The position numbers and the translations under genes are program-made. From the NCBI GenBank assembly GCA_048571215.1, contig CP182352.1, positions 2,368,001 through 2,432,000 of the forward strand: 64,000 nucleotides of DNA, written 5' to 3'. This DNA comes from Halarcobacter sp. GTDB lineage: Bacteria; Campylobacterota; Campylobacteria; Campylobacterales; Arcobacteraceae. Positions 38,049 to 48,507 of the stretch are shown piece by piece (position 1 is the first letter of the stretch; each line of letters begins with the position of its first letter). Below the pieces are notes generated by a model. It ran no database searches. It was not told where the DNA came from and saw only the letters and a program-made list of their open reading frames with translations.

Positions 38049-39251
38049 ATGTTAGTATTCATATTAAATGCAGGAAGTTCATCATTAAAATATCAATTAA
38101 TGAACCCAATTATAAAAAAAGTTTTCGCATCAGGAATTTGTGAGAGAATTGGAATCGATGGTGTTTTAAAACACGAATTTGGAGATGATCAAGAGATTAA
38201 AAAAGATATCCCAATGCCTACACATAAAGAAGCGATTGAAGCTGTTTTATCAACTCTAACTGCAGGTGAAGGAAAAGTTATTGACTCTATTAATGATATT
38301 GAAGCTATTGGACATAGAGCAGTTCATGGTGGAGAAGAGTTTTCTGGTTCAGTTTTAGTAACTGAAAGAGTTATAGAAACAATGAAAAGATTAATCCCAT
38401 TAGCACCTCTACATAATCCAGCAAATATCCTAGGTATGGAGATTTGTCAACAATTAATGCCAGGTAAACCAAATGTTGCTGTATTTGATACTGCATTTCA
38501 CCAAACTATGCCTGATTATGCTTATATGTATGCTTTACCATATGACCAATACTCTAAACATGGTATTAGAAAATATGGTTTCCACGGAACTTCTCACTTC
38601 TTTGTATCTAATGAAGCTAGACAAATGTTAGATAAAAAACACAATACAAGAATCATTGTATGTCACTTAGGAAATGGTTCATCTGTTTCTGCTGTATTAG
38701 ATGGTAAATGTATTGATACTTCTATGGGTCTTACACCTGTTCAAGGTCTTATGATGGGAACAAGAGCTGGTGATGTTGGTGCTGGTGCATTACAATATAT
38801 GATGAGCCAAGAAGATATGACTATCGATGATGCATTAAATGTTATGAATAAAAAATCAGGTATCTTAGGAATTTCAGGGAAATCTTCTGATTTAAGAGAA
38901 GTACTTGAAGGTATGGAAAATGGGGAAGAAAGATGTAGATTAGCAGTTGATATGGTTGCTTATAACATCAAAAAATATGTTGGATCTTATGTTGCAGCAC
39001 TTGATGGTGTTGATGCTTTATGTTTCACAGGTGGTATTGGTGAAAATGCTTCACTAATAAGAGAAAAAGTTTGTGCTGGTCTTGACTCTATGGGATTAGT
39101 ATTAGACCCTGTTAAAAACAACAAAAGAGCAAAAACTGCAAGAGATATTGCAACAAATGGTTCAGCTTCAAGAATCTTTGTTATCCCTACAAATGAAGAG
39201 TATGTGATTGCAAATGATACTTATAAAGTAGTTACATCAACTGAAAAATAA
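38049..39251 (+). CDS. ackA: Acetate kinase (paralog 2, operonic with pta)
   Basis: NAGSSSLK, GHRAVHGG, YGFHGTSH, IPTNEE. Confidence 0.95.
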   Translation: MLVFILNAGSSSLKYQLMNPIIKKVFASGICERIGIDGVLKHEFGDDQEIKKDIPMPTHKEAIEAVLSTLTAGEGKVIDSINDIEAIGHRAVHGGEEFSGSVLVTERVIETMKRLIPLAPLHNPANILGMEICQQLMPGKPNVAVFDTAFHQTMPDYAYMYALPYDQYSKHGIRKYGFHGTSHFFVSNEARQMLDKKHNTRIIVCHLGNGSSVSAVLDGKCIDTSMGLTPVQGLMMGTRAGDVGAGALQYMMSQEDMTIDDALNVMNKKSGILGISGKSSDLREVLEGMENGEERCRLAVDMVAYNIKKYVGSYVAALDGVDALCFTGGIGENASLIREKVCAGLDSMGLVLDPVKNNKRAKTARDIATNGSASRIFVIPTNEEYVIANDTYKVVTSTEK

Positions 39252-39271
39252 AAATTTTCATAAAAATATTT

Positions 39272-39304
39272 AAAAGGTAAGAGTTAAAACTCTTACCTTT
39301 TTTT
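39272..39304. terminator. Bidirectional intrinsic terminator
   Basis: AAAAGGTAAGAGTT-A-AAACTCTTACCTTTT plus T run. Confidence 0.85.
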
Positions 39305-39305
39305 A

Positions 39306-39977
39306 TTATTGGATTTTATCACAACTTAAAGTATCTGGATTATAAGAATACTCTTCTAAAAACTGTAGCCCTAAATCTTTTATATCTTTTGTAATAACCT
39401 CTTCTGTAGTAGATGAACTTGGTACATAATGTAAATATGATTTAAAAGTATTTGATGAAGAATCTGCAACATCAGTTGTTTTTGTGTATTCTAAAACTAT
39501 ATCTGCACCATTAAATGCTTCTGTTCTAGCTGATCCTAAATAATATCCCATATATGTATCATAAAAAACATAATACATATCATACTCATCACCTCTTTGG
39601 GAAGTTGCACCTAAATTTTCTATACCAACTTGTCTTGCACTAATTAATTTTTCTATGTTTTTAGCAGGATTTATATAATATGCTATTCTCCAATTATGAT
39701 CAGCAATTAAATTTGATGGAACTTTGACTATTTTTCGATAAATAGGTTTCCCCATATAAACTTTATTAGTCATAACTTCTTCTTCAGAATAAATATCTTT
39801 CCCTACGCCATTTTGCTTAACTAAACTCTCCAAATTATTAGAAAAACTATAACTTTTAATACACTCTTGGGTTTGATTCCCATCAACATCTGTTAGTACT
39901 AACTTATAATCTGCATTTAAAGAGATGCAAGCAAAAGTACTAAAAGTAACTATTCCTAAAACTTTTTTAATATTCAT
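39306..39977 (-). CDS. Secreted protein with a central phage-tail-like domain
   Basis: Sec signal ending SLNA; IYSEEEVMTNKVYMGKPIYRKIV...VLEYTKTTD; terminal Cys pair. Confidence 0.75.
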   Translation of the reverse strand: MNIKKVLGIVTFSTFACISLNADYKLVLTDVDGNQTQECIKSYSFSNNLESLVKQNGVGKDIYSEEEVMTNKVYMGKPIYRKIVKVPSNLIADHNWRIAYYINPAKNIEKLISARQVGIENLGATSQRGDEYDMYYVFYDTYMGYYLGSARTEAFNGADIVLEYTKTTDVADSSSNTFKSYLHYVPSSSTTEEVITKDIKDLGLQFLEEYSYNPDTLSCDKIQ

Positions 39978-40003
39978 ATATTCTCCTTTTTTATAACCTT
40001 TTT

Positions 40004-40036
40004 ATTATAAAAAAATAACGTCACATTTCCGTCACA
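40004..40036 (-). promoter_or_regulatory. TGTGACG-N4-TGTGACG box plus TATAAT
   Basis: TGTGACGGAAATGTGACG-N9-TATAAT. Confidence 0.65.
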
Positions 40037-40080
40037 TACAAAAGAATTATGAAATATCTACTAAAAAATTTTCTAAGCTT

Positions 40081-41421
40081 TTAGACTCTAACTCTTTTTC
40101 TTTTATCAATAAAACCATCAACTTCTTTTTTAAAATCAAACTTATCTTGACTTTTTGATCTCTCATTTCTTGTATTAGGTCTATTTTTTCTACTTGTATT
40201 TCTGCTTTCACTTAAATCACTTGTTCTTGCAGGTTTTCTTCTTGAATTGTTATTAGTAGTAGATTTTTTATCAACTCTATTTAACTTAGAAACAGTAAAC
40301 CCTTCTATAGTTTTTACAGGAATATTAGCTTTTGTAAGTCTTTCTATATCTTTTAAATATTGTAACTCTTCATCACAAACTAAAGAGATAGCTTCTCCAA
40401 TATTTCCAGCTCTACCTGTTCTTCCTATTCTATGAACATAATCTTCAGGAACATTTGGTAGTTCAAAATTTATCACATGGGGAAGTAACTCAATATCAAG
40501 ACCACGTGCCGCAATATCAGTTGCCACTAAAACTCTTATCTTTTTAGCCTTAAAATCTCTTAGGGCAGTAGTTCTTGCCCCTTGTGATTTTCCACCATGA
40601 ATTGCAAGGGAAGAGATATTGCTTTTATTTAAAAACTCACATAGTTTGTTTGCTCCATGTTTTGTTCTTGTGAAAACTAAAACTTGATTCCAATTTTCTT
40701 TATGAAGCAAAGATGCTAATAGATCTCTTTTTATATCTTTTTTTACATAATGCACAACTTGCGAAACCTGCTTTGTTAAACTATTAGTTCTAGCAACTTC
40801 TACAAGTTTTGGATTACTTAAAAATGATTGTGATAACTTTTTAATTTCACTTGAAAAGGTTGCTGAAAATAAAAGTGTTTGTCTATGTTTTGGAATACAA
40901 GCAATAACTTTTTTGATATCGTGAATAAAACCCATATCAAGCATTCTATCAGCCTCATCAAGAACTAAAAAATCTACTTTTGATAAGTCTATTGTTTTTT
41001 GAGAAATATGATCTAACAATCTTCCAGGAGTTGCTATAACTATATCTACCCCTTTTCTTAGAACTGCTTTTTGAGGGTTGATTCCAACTCCACCAAAAAT
41101 AACTGCTGTTTTAAATGGAAGATATTTACTATATGATTGAATATTTTCAGCAACTTGAGAAGCTAGTTCTCTTGTTGGTGTCAAAATAAGTGCTTTGATA
41201 TGATGTTTATTATTTTTGTTGTTTTTACTACTCATTATCTCTAATAAAGGAAGTGTAAATGCAGCTGTTTTACCAGTACCAGTTTGAGCAGCTGCTAAAA
41301 TATCGCTTTTTTCTAAAACGATTGGAATAGCTTGCTTTTGAATAGGAGTAGGAGTTGTATACCCCTGCTCTTTTATTGCTTTTAAAATATTAGGATTTAA
41401 TCCTAAATGTGAAAATGACAT
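40081..41421 (-). CDS. rhlE: DEAD-box RNA helicase (RhlE-like)
   Basis: [29 protein letters not shown]. Confidence 0.9.
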   Translation of the reverse strand: MSFSHLGLNPNILKAIKEQGYTTPTPIQKQAIPIVLEKSDILAAAQTGTGKTAAFTLPLLEIMSSKNNKNNKHHIKALILTPTRELASQVAENIQSYSKYLPFKTAVIFGGVGINPQKAVLRKGVDIVIATPGRLLDHISQKTIDLSKVDFLVLDEADRMLDMGFIHDIKKVIACIPKHRQTLLFSATFSSEIKKLSQSFLSNPKLVEVARTNSLTKQVSQVVHYVKKDIKRDLLASLLHKENWNQVLVFTRTKHGANKLCEFLNKSNISSLAIHGGKSQGARTTALRDFKAKKIRVLVATDIAARGLDIELLPHVINFELPNVPEDYVHRIGRTGRAGNIGEAISLVCDEELQYLKDIERLTKANIPVKTIEGFTVSKLNRVDKKSTTNNNSRRKPARTSDLSESRNTSRKNRPNTRNERSKSQDKFDFKKEVDGFIDKRKRVRV

Positions 41422-41557
41422 TAATTACCTTTGAATAAATATTAGTAATTTAAAATGATATATGCTTGGTTTATTTGAAACTTTTTTAAAATTTAGATAA
41501 AAACGAAGATAACTTAGATTATTTACTATTGATTGGCGAAGTATATCATAATAAATG

Positions 41558-41591
41558 AAAAAAGGGTAAATTTTTTAAATTTACCCTTTTA
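41558..41591 (-). terminator. Intrinsic terminator after sppA
   Basis: AAAAGGGTAAATTT...AAATTTACCCTTTT. Confidence 0.75.
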
Positions 41592-41595
41592 TAGA

Positions 41596-42486
41596 TCAAT
41601 ATGCTTTTAAATTAGAAGTAAAAAGAACAGAAAACTGTGAAACTGTTTCTTGCATCAATTTATCAAGAAACTTATCAAATTTATCCTCTTTTTTCCAAAC
41701 TGGGTTTTTTACTTTTGATAGTTTTTCAATCTCTTGTTTTGCATAAGTTAAAGTATTTACCTCATCTACAAGACCAACTTTTTTTGCTTGGTTTGAAGTA
41801 AAGATATGGGCATTGGCAAATTTTTCATGGTCTGCAACATTTAGCTTTCTTGCATTTGCCACATCAGTTATAAACATATTATATGTATCTTTTATAACCT
41901 TTTCTAACTCCTCTTTTTCGTAACTTGACCATTCTCTTGTTGGCGTACCCGCTTCTTTATATTTTCCAGCTTTTATAGTTTGGGTTTTTATTCCAATTTT
42001 ATCCATAAGCTCTTCAAGATTTGTGCCTTGAAAAATAACCCCAATAGAACCTATCATACTCCCTGGATTTGCAATAATTTTGCTTGACCAAATAGAAGCA
42101 TAATAACTTCCACTAGCCATCACTCCACTTGCATATGCAACAACTGGTTTGACAGTTTTCAGCTCTTTTATGGCATAAGCTAATTCAACAGAAGGAGCAA
42201 CTGCTCCACCAGGTGAGTTTACATCAAGTAAAACACCTTTGATATTTTTATTATGTTTTGCTTCATTTATTTGAGTTAAAACCTTTTGTACATTTAGAAT
42301 AGGTCCATAAAGCTCTATTTTTTGTAAATTTGCATTTTCGTTCATCCCTGAAGTTAAACTTGCCTCATTTGAACTTTGCACAAAAAAATAAACTATAGTT
42401 AAAAATACAATTGTCTTAAAATATTTAGTTATAAAATCTAATATCGCTATTATAGGATAAAACAATTTTTTTATAAATTCAAACAT
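41596..42486 (-). CDS. sppA: Signal peptide peptidase SppA (36K type)
   Basis: NSPGG, MASGSYY, GSIGV, KAGKYK; GGAGG RBS before ATG 42486. Confidence 0.93.
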   Translation of the reverse strand: MFEFIKKLFYPIIAILDFITKYFKTIVFLTIVYFFVQSSNEASLTSGMNENANLQKIELYGPILNVQKVLTQINEAKHNKNIKGVLLDVNSPGGAVAPSVELAYAIKELKTVKPVVAYASGVMASGSYYASIWSSKIIANPGSMIGSIGVIFQGTNLEELMDKIGIKTQTIKAGKYKEAGTPTREWSSYEKEELEKVIKDTYNMFITDVANARKLNVADHEKFANAHIFTSNQAKKVGLVDEVNTLTYAKQEIEKLSKVKNPVWKKEDKFDKFLDKLMQETVSQFSVLFTSNLKAY

Positions 42487-43708
42487 TATTACCTCCAATA
42501 ATGGTTTTTTCTACTCTTTTAGTATGTAAAATTATATTCATACATAAATCATCACTACTTTTAATCTCATCAGGTAGATTGATAGCTATTATATCCGCAT
42601 CCTTACCTTTTGTAAATTCACCTTTATTTAAGCCTAAAGCTAGACTCCCATTTTTTGTTGCTGCATTTATAAGTATTTTAGAAAACTCTAGAATATTTTT
42701 TTCTGTATGAATCAACAAGGCATTTCTAAGTTCATCAAACATACTAAGAGAGTTATTTGAACTTAAGCCATCAGTTCCCAAAGAAAAGGGTATTTTTTGT
42801 TCTAATACTCTATCAATATCTAATTTTGTATTATTTAAAAAACGGTTAGATGTGGGACAGTGATTTATAACTGCACCTAAGTGTTTTATAATCTCCAAAT
42901 CATCATCACTTGCTTCAACACAATGGGTAAAAGATAAGTTTTTTATATTTGCAAATTGTTTTAAAAATTGTTTTGGTTTTGTTACAGCTTGTTCTTGACC
43001 TAAAAAGTTTTTAAAAAATTCTAAAAAACCACCCTCATCTTTATGCAACCACTCAAACTCTTGGGGTGATTCTAAAAAATGTGAACTAACTGTTAGATTT
43101 TCATCTTTTGCTAAAGTTAATGTTTCTCTTACTAAAAAGGGGTGAACTGAATATGGAGAATGTATAGCAATAGCTGGTATAAAATTTTTGCTTGTTTTTG
43201 ATTTTGCACTATTGAGTCTACCCTTAAAATCAGAAAAAAGTGTATCTATCATATCAGGTTTACTTCCAATTACTTCACTAAAAAATACAGTATTTATAGG
43301 AGATTTAACACAAGCTTCTAAATCATAAGAATAAGATGAAATAGCCCCAATTGTAGTTGTACCAGTTTTTTTCATCTCTTCTAATTTATCAAAAATAAAC
43401 TCTGTGGTAATATCTTTTATAAGCTCTTCTCTATTTACTATTACAGAATTTAACCAATCCATAAAATCCCCATATTTTAAAGTTGTAGAATTTGAACTAA
43501 ACTCTAAATGAACATGGGAATTAATAAGTCCTGGCATTAAAACAGAATTTTTACCACAAAATTCTATTTTTTCATTTGGATATTTTTTTTGGATATTTGA
43601 AAGTGTATCAACTTCTAAGATTTTTTCATCATAAACAATAGCACCATCTTTTAAGATAGTACTATTATCATCACAAGTTATTATCCAAGTTGCACTAATG
43701 ATTTTCAT
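42479..43708 (-). CDS. Amidohydrolase, aminofutalosine deaminase (MqnF-like) family
   Basis: PGLINSHVHLEFS, HSPYSVHP, HCPTSN, GTDGLSSN; aroQ-adjacent as in Campylobacterota. Confidence 0.75.
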   Translation of the reverse strand: MKIISATWIITCDDNSTILKDGAIVYDEKILEVDTLSNIQKKYPNEKIEFCGKNSVLMPGLINSHVHLEFSSNSTTLKYGDFMDWLNSVIVNREELIKDITTEFIFDKLEEMKKTGTTTIGAISSYSYDLEACVKSPINTVFFSEVIGSKPDMIDTLFSDFKGRLNSAKSKTSKNFIPAIAIHSPYSVHPFLVRETLTLAKDENLTVSSHFLESPQEFEWLHKDEGGFLEFFKNFLGQEQAVTKPKQFLKQFANIKNLSFTHCVEASDDDLEIIKHLGAVINHCPTSNRFLNNTKLDIDRVLEQKIPFSLGTDGLSSNNSLSMFDELRNALLIHTEKNILEFSKILINAATKNGSLALGLNKGEFTKGKDADIIAINLPDEIKSSDDLCMNIILHTKRVEKTIIGGNNV

Positions 43709-43716
43709 AAACTATA

Positions 43717-44202
43717 TTATGCTTGTTTATTAGAAGCTTCTTGTGCTCTTTGATTTTCTAAAGCTTTCACTTCACTAATGATTTGAGTTAATGACATAAG
43801 ACCTAAGTGGTAACCAAATGGACCAAAACCAGTTATAACACCAGTTGCTGCACCAGCTGTAATAGATTTTTGTCTATACTCTTCTCTTTTATATATATTT
43901 GAAATATGCACTTCAACCGTAGGTAAATTTACTGCACTTAGAGCATCTTTAATTGCAATTGATGTATGAGAAAATGCTGCTGGATTGATTAGAATACCAT
44001 CAACTGTTCCTAAACACTCTTGGATTCTATCAACTATTTCACCCTCTAAGTTTGATTGGAAAAACTCAACTTCAACACCATTTTGAGAAGCTGAGGCTTT
44101 CATTTGTTCATGAATTTGATCTAAACTCATAGGACCATAAATATGTTGTTCTCTTACACCTAACATATTTAAATTTGGACCTTGGATAACTGCTATTTTC
44201 AT
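43717..44202 (-). CDS. aroQ: Type II 3-dehydroquinate dehydratase
   Basis: [27 protein letters not shown]. Confidence 0.97.
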   Translation of the reverse strand: MKIAVIQGPNLNMLGVREQHIYGPMSLDQIHEQMKASASQNGVEVEFFQSNLEGEIVDRIQECLGTVDGILINPAAFSHTSIAIKDALSAVNLPTVEVHISNIYKREEYRQKSITAGAATGVITGFGPFGYHLGLMSLTQIISEVKALENQRAQEASNKQA

Positions 44203-44398
44203 TTTATTTCCTTTTAAATAATCCTATATAAAGTACCTAAAAAAACATTGTTTTTTTAATCCTTTAAAAGGATTTTGTATTATATAACTACTTTTTTGTA
44301 GCAAAATTTTAAACAAAACTATTAATTGTTCTTTTGTATAAATTTTGGGTAAGATTATATTCAAACTTTAGTTAATACTAAATCAAAAAAGAGTTACA

Positions 44399-45424
44399 AT
44401 GAAAAATTATGTTTTATTAAATGAAAATGCAGTTTATTATGAGTGTGGATTCTCTTGTGATAATGTAATATATTTGAAATTGGGAAATGAAAGCTATTAT
44501 ATAACTGATGCGAGATATAGCACTGAGGCAAAAGAGTATGCAAAAGATTGTATAGTTGTTGAGAGTTCTGATTTAATTAAAAGTGCCCAAGAGATACTAA
44601 AAAAATCAAAAATCAAAAAACTAACTTTTGATCCAAACGATTTTAAACTCTCTTTTTATAAAAAGTTAAGTTCTGATTTAAAAATCGATTTTAAAGAGAA
44701 AGAAAACTTTTCAAAATTAAAAAGAATTATAAAAAGTGATGAAGAGATTAAAATACTAAAAAAAGCTTCACAAATAGGTAGAAGTGGATTTAAAGAACTT
44801 GCTAAATATATTAGTAAAAATGGTTTTAGGTTAAGTGAAAAAGAGCTTCATTTTAAAGCAATTGAAAAAATGAGTGCCATAGGTAAATACTCACTTAGTT
44901 TTGACCCAATTGTAGCAATAAATCAAAATGCTGCAAAACCCCATGCCCTACCAACAAACAAAAAATTAAAACTAAATGATTTAATCTTAGTTGATGCCGG
45001 GGTTAAATATAAAAGATATTGTTCTGATAGAACTTGTACTTCAAATGCAAACTTTGAAAAGTTTAGTTTTAAAAGGGAACAAAAATTTAAAAATAAAAAA
45101 CATCAAAAGATATATGATATAGTTTACAAAGCACAACTAAATGCCATAGAAAAAGCAAGAGTTGGAATGAAGGCTTCTAAAGTTGACCAACTTACTCGTG
45201 ATATAATAGTCAAAACTGGATATGGAAAATATTTTGTACACAGTACAGGTCATGGTGTTGGACTTGATATACATGAATTTCCAAATATCAATTCAAGATC
45301 TGATATTATTATAGAAGATAATATGGTTTTTACAATTGAACCTGGAATCTATTTACCAAATGAGTTTGGAATAAGAATAGAAGATACAGTAGTTATGAAA
45401 AATGGTAAAGCTCAAATACTATAA
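44399..45424 (+). CDS. Xaa-Pro aminopeptidase (M24)
   Basis: YCSDRT, HSTGHGVGLDIHE, TIEPGIY, GIRIED. Confidence 0.93.
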   Translation: MKNYVLLNENAVYYECGFSCDNVIYLKLGNESYYITDARYSTEAKEYAKDCIVVESSDLIKSAQEILKKSKIKKLTFDPNDFKLSFYKKLSSDLKIDFKEKENFSKLKRIIKSDEEIKILKKASQIGRSGFKELAKYISKNGFRLSEKELHFKAIEKMSAIGKYSLSFDPIVAINQNAAKPHALPTNKKLKLNDLILVDAGVKYKRYCSDRTCTSNANFEKFSFKREQKFKNKKHQKIYDIVYKAQLNAIEKARVGMKASKVDQLTRDIIVKTGYGKYFVHSTGHGVGLDIHEFPNINSRSDIIIEDNMVFTIEPGIYLPNEFGIRIEDTVVMKNGKAQIL

Positions 45425-45488
45425 TATTTGAATTTTTATCATTTATAAATCTTGACTTATTTAATAAGTTTATATTTTTTGGATAAAT

Positions 45489-45965
45489 ATGAAAAAAAAA
45501 TTAACCGATGACTTAACACTTTTTTACAGTTCAAATTTTCCTCGTAAGTTTAAAAAACACTCAAATAAAAAATATCTTGTACATATAGGGATTGGGGGAA
45601 ACATTGGAAATATTAAAAAAACTTTTAATAAGTTGCTCTTATGTTTAAAATCTGATGGAAGATTTGATATACTTATCACTTCACCTCTACTACTAAATCC
45701 CCCCTTTGGATTTTTGGAGCAAAATCATTTTTTAAATGGTATAATTGCCCTTAAAACTAATCTTGCACCTAATGAATTTTTAAAAAATATGCAGAGATTA
45801 GAAAAAAGATTTGGAAGAAAGCGGTCCTTTCAAGATGCGCCTAGAACCTTGGATATAGATATAATATTTTTTGCTAATAAAAAAATAGATACAGAAAAAC
45901 TTATTATTCCTCATAAAGATTGGGCAAATAGAGAGTCAGTTATTATTCCTTTAAAACATTTATAA
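45489..45965 (+). CDS. folK: 2-amino-4-hydroxy-6-hydroxymethyldihydropteridine pyrophosphokinase
   Basis: GIGGNIG, FLNG, E..FGR, PRTLDIDII, IPH. Confidence 0.93.
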   Translation: MKKKLTDDLTLFYSSNFPRKFKKHSNKKYLVHIGIGGNIGNIKKTFNKLLLCLKSDGRFDILITSPLLLNPPFGFLEQNHFLNGIIALKTNLAPNEFLKNMQRLEKRFGRKRSFQDAPRTLDIDIIFFANKKIDTEKLIIPHKDWANRESVIIPLKHL

Positions 45966-46035
45966 TTTTAAAAAATTAAAAGATAAAATCTATAAATATC
46001 ATTATATTATTCAATTATTTCGAGAAGGGTGAAAT

Positions 46036-47133
46036 ATGAAAAAAAAAGTAGTTGTAGGGATGTCAGGTGGTGTTGATTCTTCAGTTACTGCACTGTTATT
46101 AAAGAAACAAGGGTATGAAGTACAAGGCTTATTTATGCGTAACTGGGAATATGGGATTGAGGGTAGTCAATGCCCTAATCGTATAGAATTCGAAGATGCA
46201 AAAAAAGTGGGTAAATTATTAGGGATTGAAGTAAAAGGAAAAGATTTCGTAGAAGAGTATAGAACAAAAGTATTTGATGTATTTTTGGAAGGTTTAAAAA
46301 AAGGACTTACTCCAAATCCAGATATTCTGTGTAATCGTGAAATTAAATTCAATGTATTTTTAAATGAAGCAAAAAAAATGGGTGCTGATATGATTGCAAC
46401 TGGTCATTATGCTAAAATAGCTAAATATAAAGACCACTATGTACTTGACACTCCAAAAGATAATACTAAAGACCAAACATATTTTTTACATGCTCTTTCA
46501 AGTGAACAACTTTCACAGGCTTTATTTCCCCTTGCCGATTTAACAAAAAAAGAAGTAAGAGAGATAGCTAAAAAACATAATCTTCCTGTAAGTGATAAAA
46601 AAGATAGTACTGGTATATGTTTTATTGGTGAACAAAAATTTGATGAATTTATCACACAATATTTAAAAGCAATTCCTGGAGATATTATAGATGAAAATGG
46701 AAAAGTAATAGGAAAACATAAAGGTCTTGTTTGTTATACACTAGGTCAGCGAAGAGGTATTGGTCTTGGTGGTATGAAAGAGACTGAATCAGCTAATCAT
46801 ATCCATAACCCATGGTATGTAGCTAAAAAAGATATGACAAATAACACCTTAACAATTGTACAAGATACAAACCATCCCCTACTTATGAGTAAAAAAGTAG
46901 AAGCTAGTAATATGCATTGGGTACTTGAAGTTGCCCCTAAAGTTGGAGATAAATTAATGGCACAAATTCGTTATCGTCAACAAAAGCGAGCTTGTACTGT
47001 AATAGAAGTTAGTGATGATAAAGTCATAGTTGAATTTGATGAACCTCAAAGAGCTGTTACCTTAGGACAAAGTCTTGTTTTATATGCTGGTAATTACTGC
47101 TTAGGTGGTGGATTTATTAGTGATTATAATTAA
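46036..47133 (+). CDS. mnmA: tRNA 2-thiouridylase, E. coli-like DxxC type
   Basis: MSGGVDSS, FMRNWE, TPNPDILCNREIKF, KKDSTGICFIGE. Confidence 0.93.
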   Translation: MKKKVVVGMSGGVDSSVTALLLKKQGYEVQGLFMRNWEYGIEGSQCPNRIEFEDAKKVGKLLGIEVKGKDFVEEYRTKVFDVFLEGLKKGLTPNPDILCNREIKFNVFLNEAKKMGADMIATGHYAKIAKYKDHYVLDTPKDNTKDQTYFLHALSSEQLSQALFPLADLTKKEVREIAKKHNLPVSDKKDSTGICFIGEQKFDEFITQYLKAIPGDIIDENGKVIGKHKGLVCYTLGQRRGIGLGGMKETESANHIHNPWYVAKKDMTNNTLTIVQDTNHPLLMSKKVEASNMHWVLEVAPKVGDKLMAQIRYRQQKRACTVIEVSDDKVIVEFDEPQRAVTLGQSLVLYAGNYCLGGGFISDYN

Positions 47134-47190
47134 TATGGTATAATCCCGCTTTTTACTAATCTTTACAAAAAACTTTCAAAAACTAAGTAA

Positions 47191-47361
47191 AGATTAGCAA
47201 TTAGATATGGAAGAAAGCGATCCTTTCAAGATACGCCTAAAACCTTGGATATAGATATAATATTTTTTGCTAATAAAAAAATAGATACAAAAAAACTAAT
47301 TATTCCTCATAAAAATTGGGCAAATAGAGAATCAGTGATTATTCCTTTAAAAAGGATGTAA
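47191..47361 (+). pseudogene. folK: Duplicated 3' end of folK (direct repeat of 45795-45956)
   Basis: RLAIRYGRKRSFQDTPKTLDIDIIFFANKKIDTKKLIIPHKNWANRESVIIPLKRM*; no start; ungapped offset of 1396 bp. Confidence 0.9.
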
Positions 47362-47362
47362 T

Positions 47363-48400
47363 ATGAACAAAAAGAAAGTAATGGTAGGTATGAGTGGAGG
47401 AATTGACTCCTCAGTTACTGCTTATATGCTACAAAAAGAGGGTTATGAAGTAGAAGGTTGCTACTTAAAACTTCATAATCGAACAGATGGTTATCATGAG
47501 AAAAATCTAAAATATATAGAAGATGTTGCTAAGTATTTAAATATAAAATATCATGTTTTAGATTTGGCTGATAAATTTACAGCTGAAGTTTATGATTATT
47601 TTGTTGACTCATATTTAGAAGGTACTACCCCTAACCCATGTGTAAAATGTAATAGACAAATTAAATTTGGTGCCATGTTAGATTTTGCAAAAGAGCACAA
47701 GGCAAGTTATCTTGCGACTGGTCATTATGCAAAAACAGATGGAAAGTTTTTTTATGAAGCGGATGATAAAACAAAAGACCAAAGCTATTTCTTATCACAA
47801 GTTAATAAAGAAGCCTTACCATACATGATGTTTCCCCTTAGTACTTATAAAAAAGAGGATATTGTTAAATTTGGTGCTAAGTTGGATTCTGCATATAAAA
47901 GAATTACTCAAAAAAATGAATCACAAGAGATATGTTTTGTAGAAACTGTATATACTGATGTTGTAAAAAGACACGCAAATATTGATATGCCTGGAGATGT
48001 TTTAGATGAAAATGGGAATATTATAGGAAAGCATAAGGGATATATGCACTACACTATTGGAAAAAGAAGAGGCTTTACAGTTCATGGTGCCCATGTTCCA
48101 CATTTTGTTACAAAATTAAATCCAAAAGACAATACTATAGTAGTTGGTAAAAAAGAAGCTTTAGAGATAAATAGTGTTGAAGTTGAGAATCTTAATATGT
48201 TTATTGATGAAAAAGATTTTGAGTGTACTGTAAAATTAAGATATCGTTCACGTGCAATACCATGTAAAGTTAAAATAGAAAATAATAAAGCAATAATATC
48301 TCTAAAAGAGCCAGCATTTGGGGTTGCTTCTGGACAACTTGCAGTATTTTATGAAAATGAAAAAGTTTTAGGAAGTGCTTGGATAAAGTGTGCTAATTAA
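47363..48400 (+). CDS. mnmA: tRNA 2-thiouridylase, CxxC type (resident copy)
   Basis: MSGGIDSS, TPNPCVKCN, ESQEICF. Confidence 0.94.
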   Translation: MNKKKVMVGMSGGIDSSVTAYMLQKEGYEVEGCYLKLHNRTDGYHEKNLKYIEDVAKYLNIKYHVLDLADKFTAEVYDYFVDSYLEGTTPNPCVKCNRQIKFGAMLDFAKEHKASYLATGHYAKTDGKFFYEADDKTKDQSYFLSQVNKEALPYMMFPLSTYKKEDIVKFGAKLDSAYKRITQKNESQEICFVETVYTDVVKRHANIDMPGDVLDENGNIIGKHKGYMHYTIGKRRGFTVHGAHVPHFVTKLNPKDNTIVVGKKEALEINSVEVENLNMFIDEKDFECTVKLRYRSRAIPCKVKIENNKAIISLKEPAFGVASGQLAVFYENEKVLGSAWIKCAN

Positions 48401-48507
48401 GTTTATCTAACAACTGTATAAGATTTATTAAAGTATAATCCAAAAATAGTTGTACCAAATTATCTATTCTTTTATTTGGTAATAAACAATCACACAAGGA
48501 AAATCTA

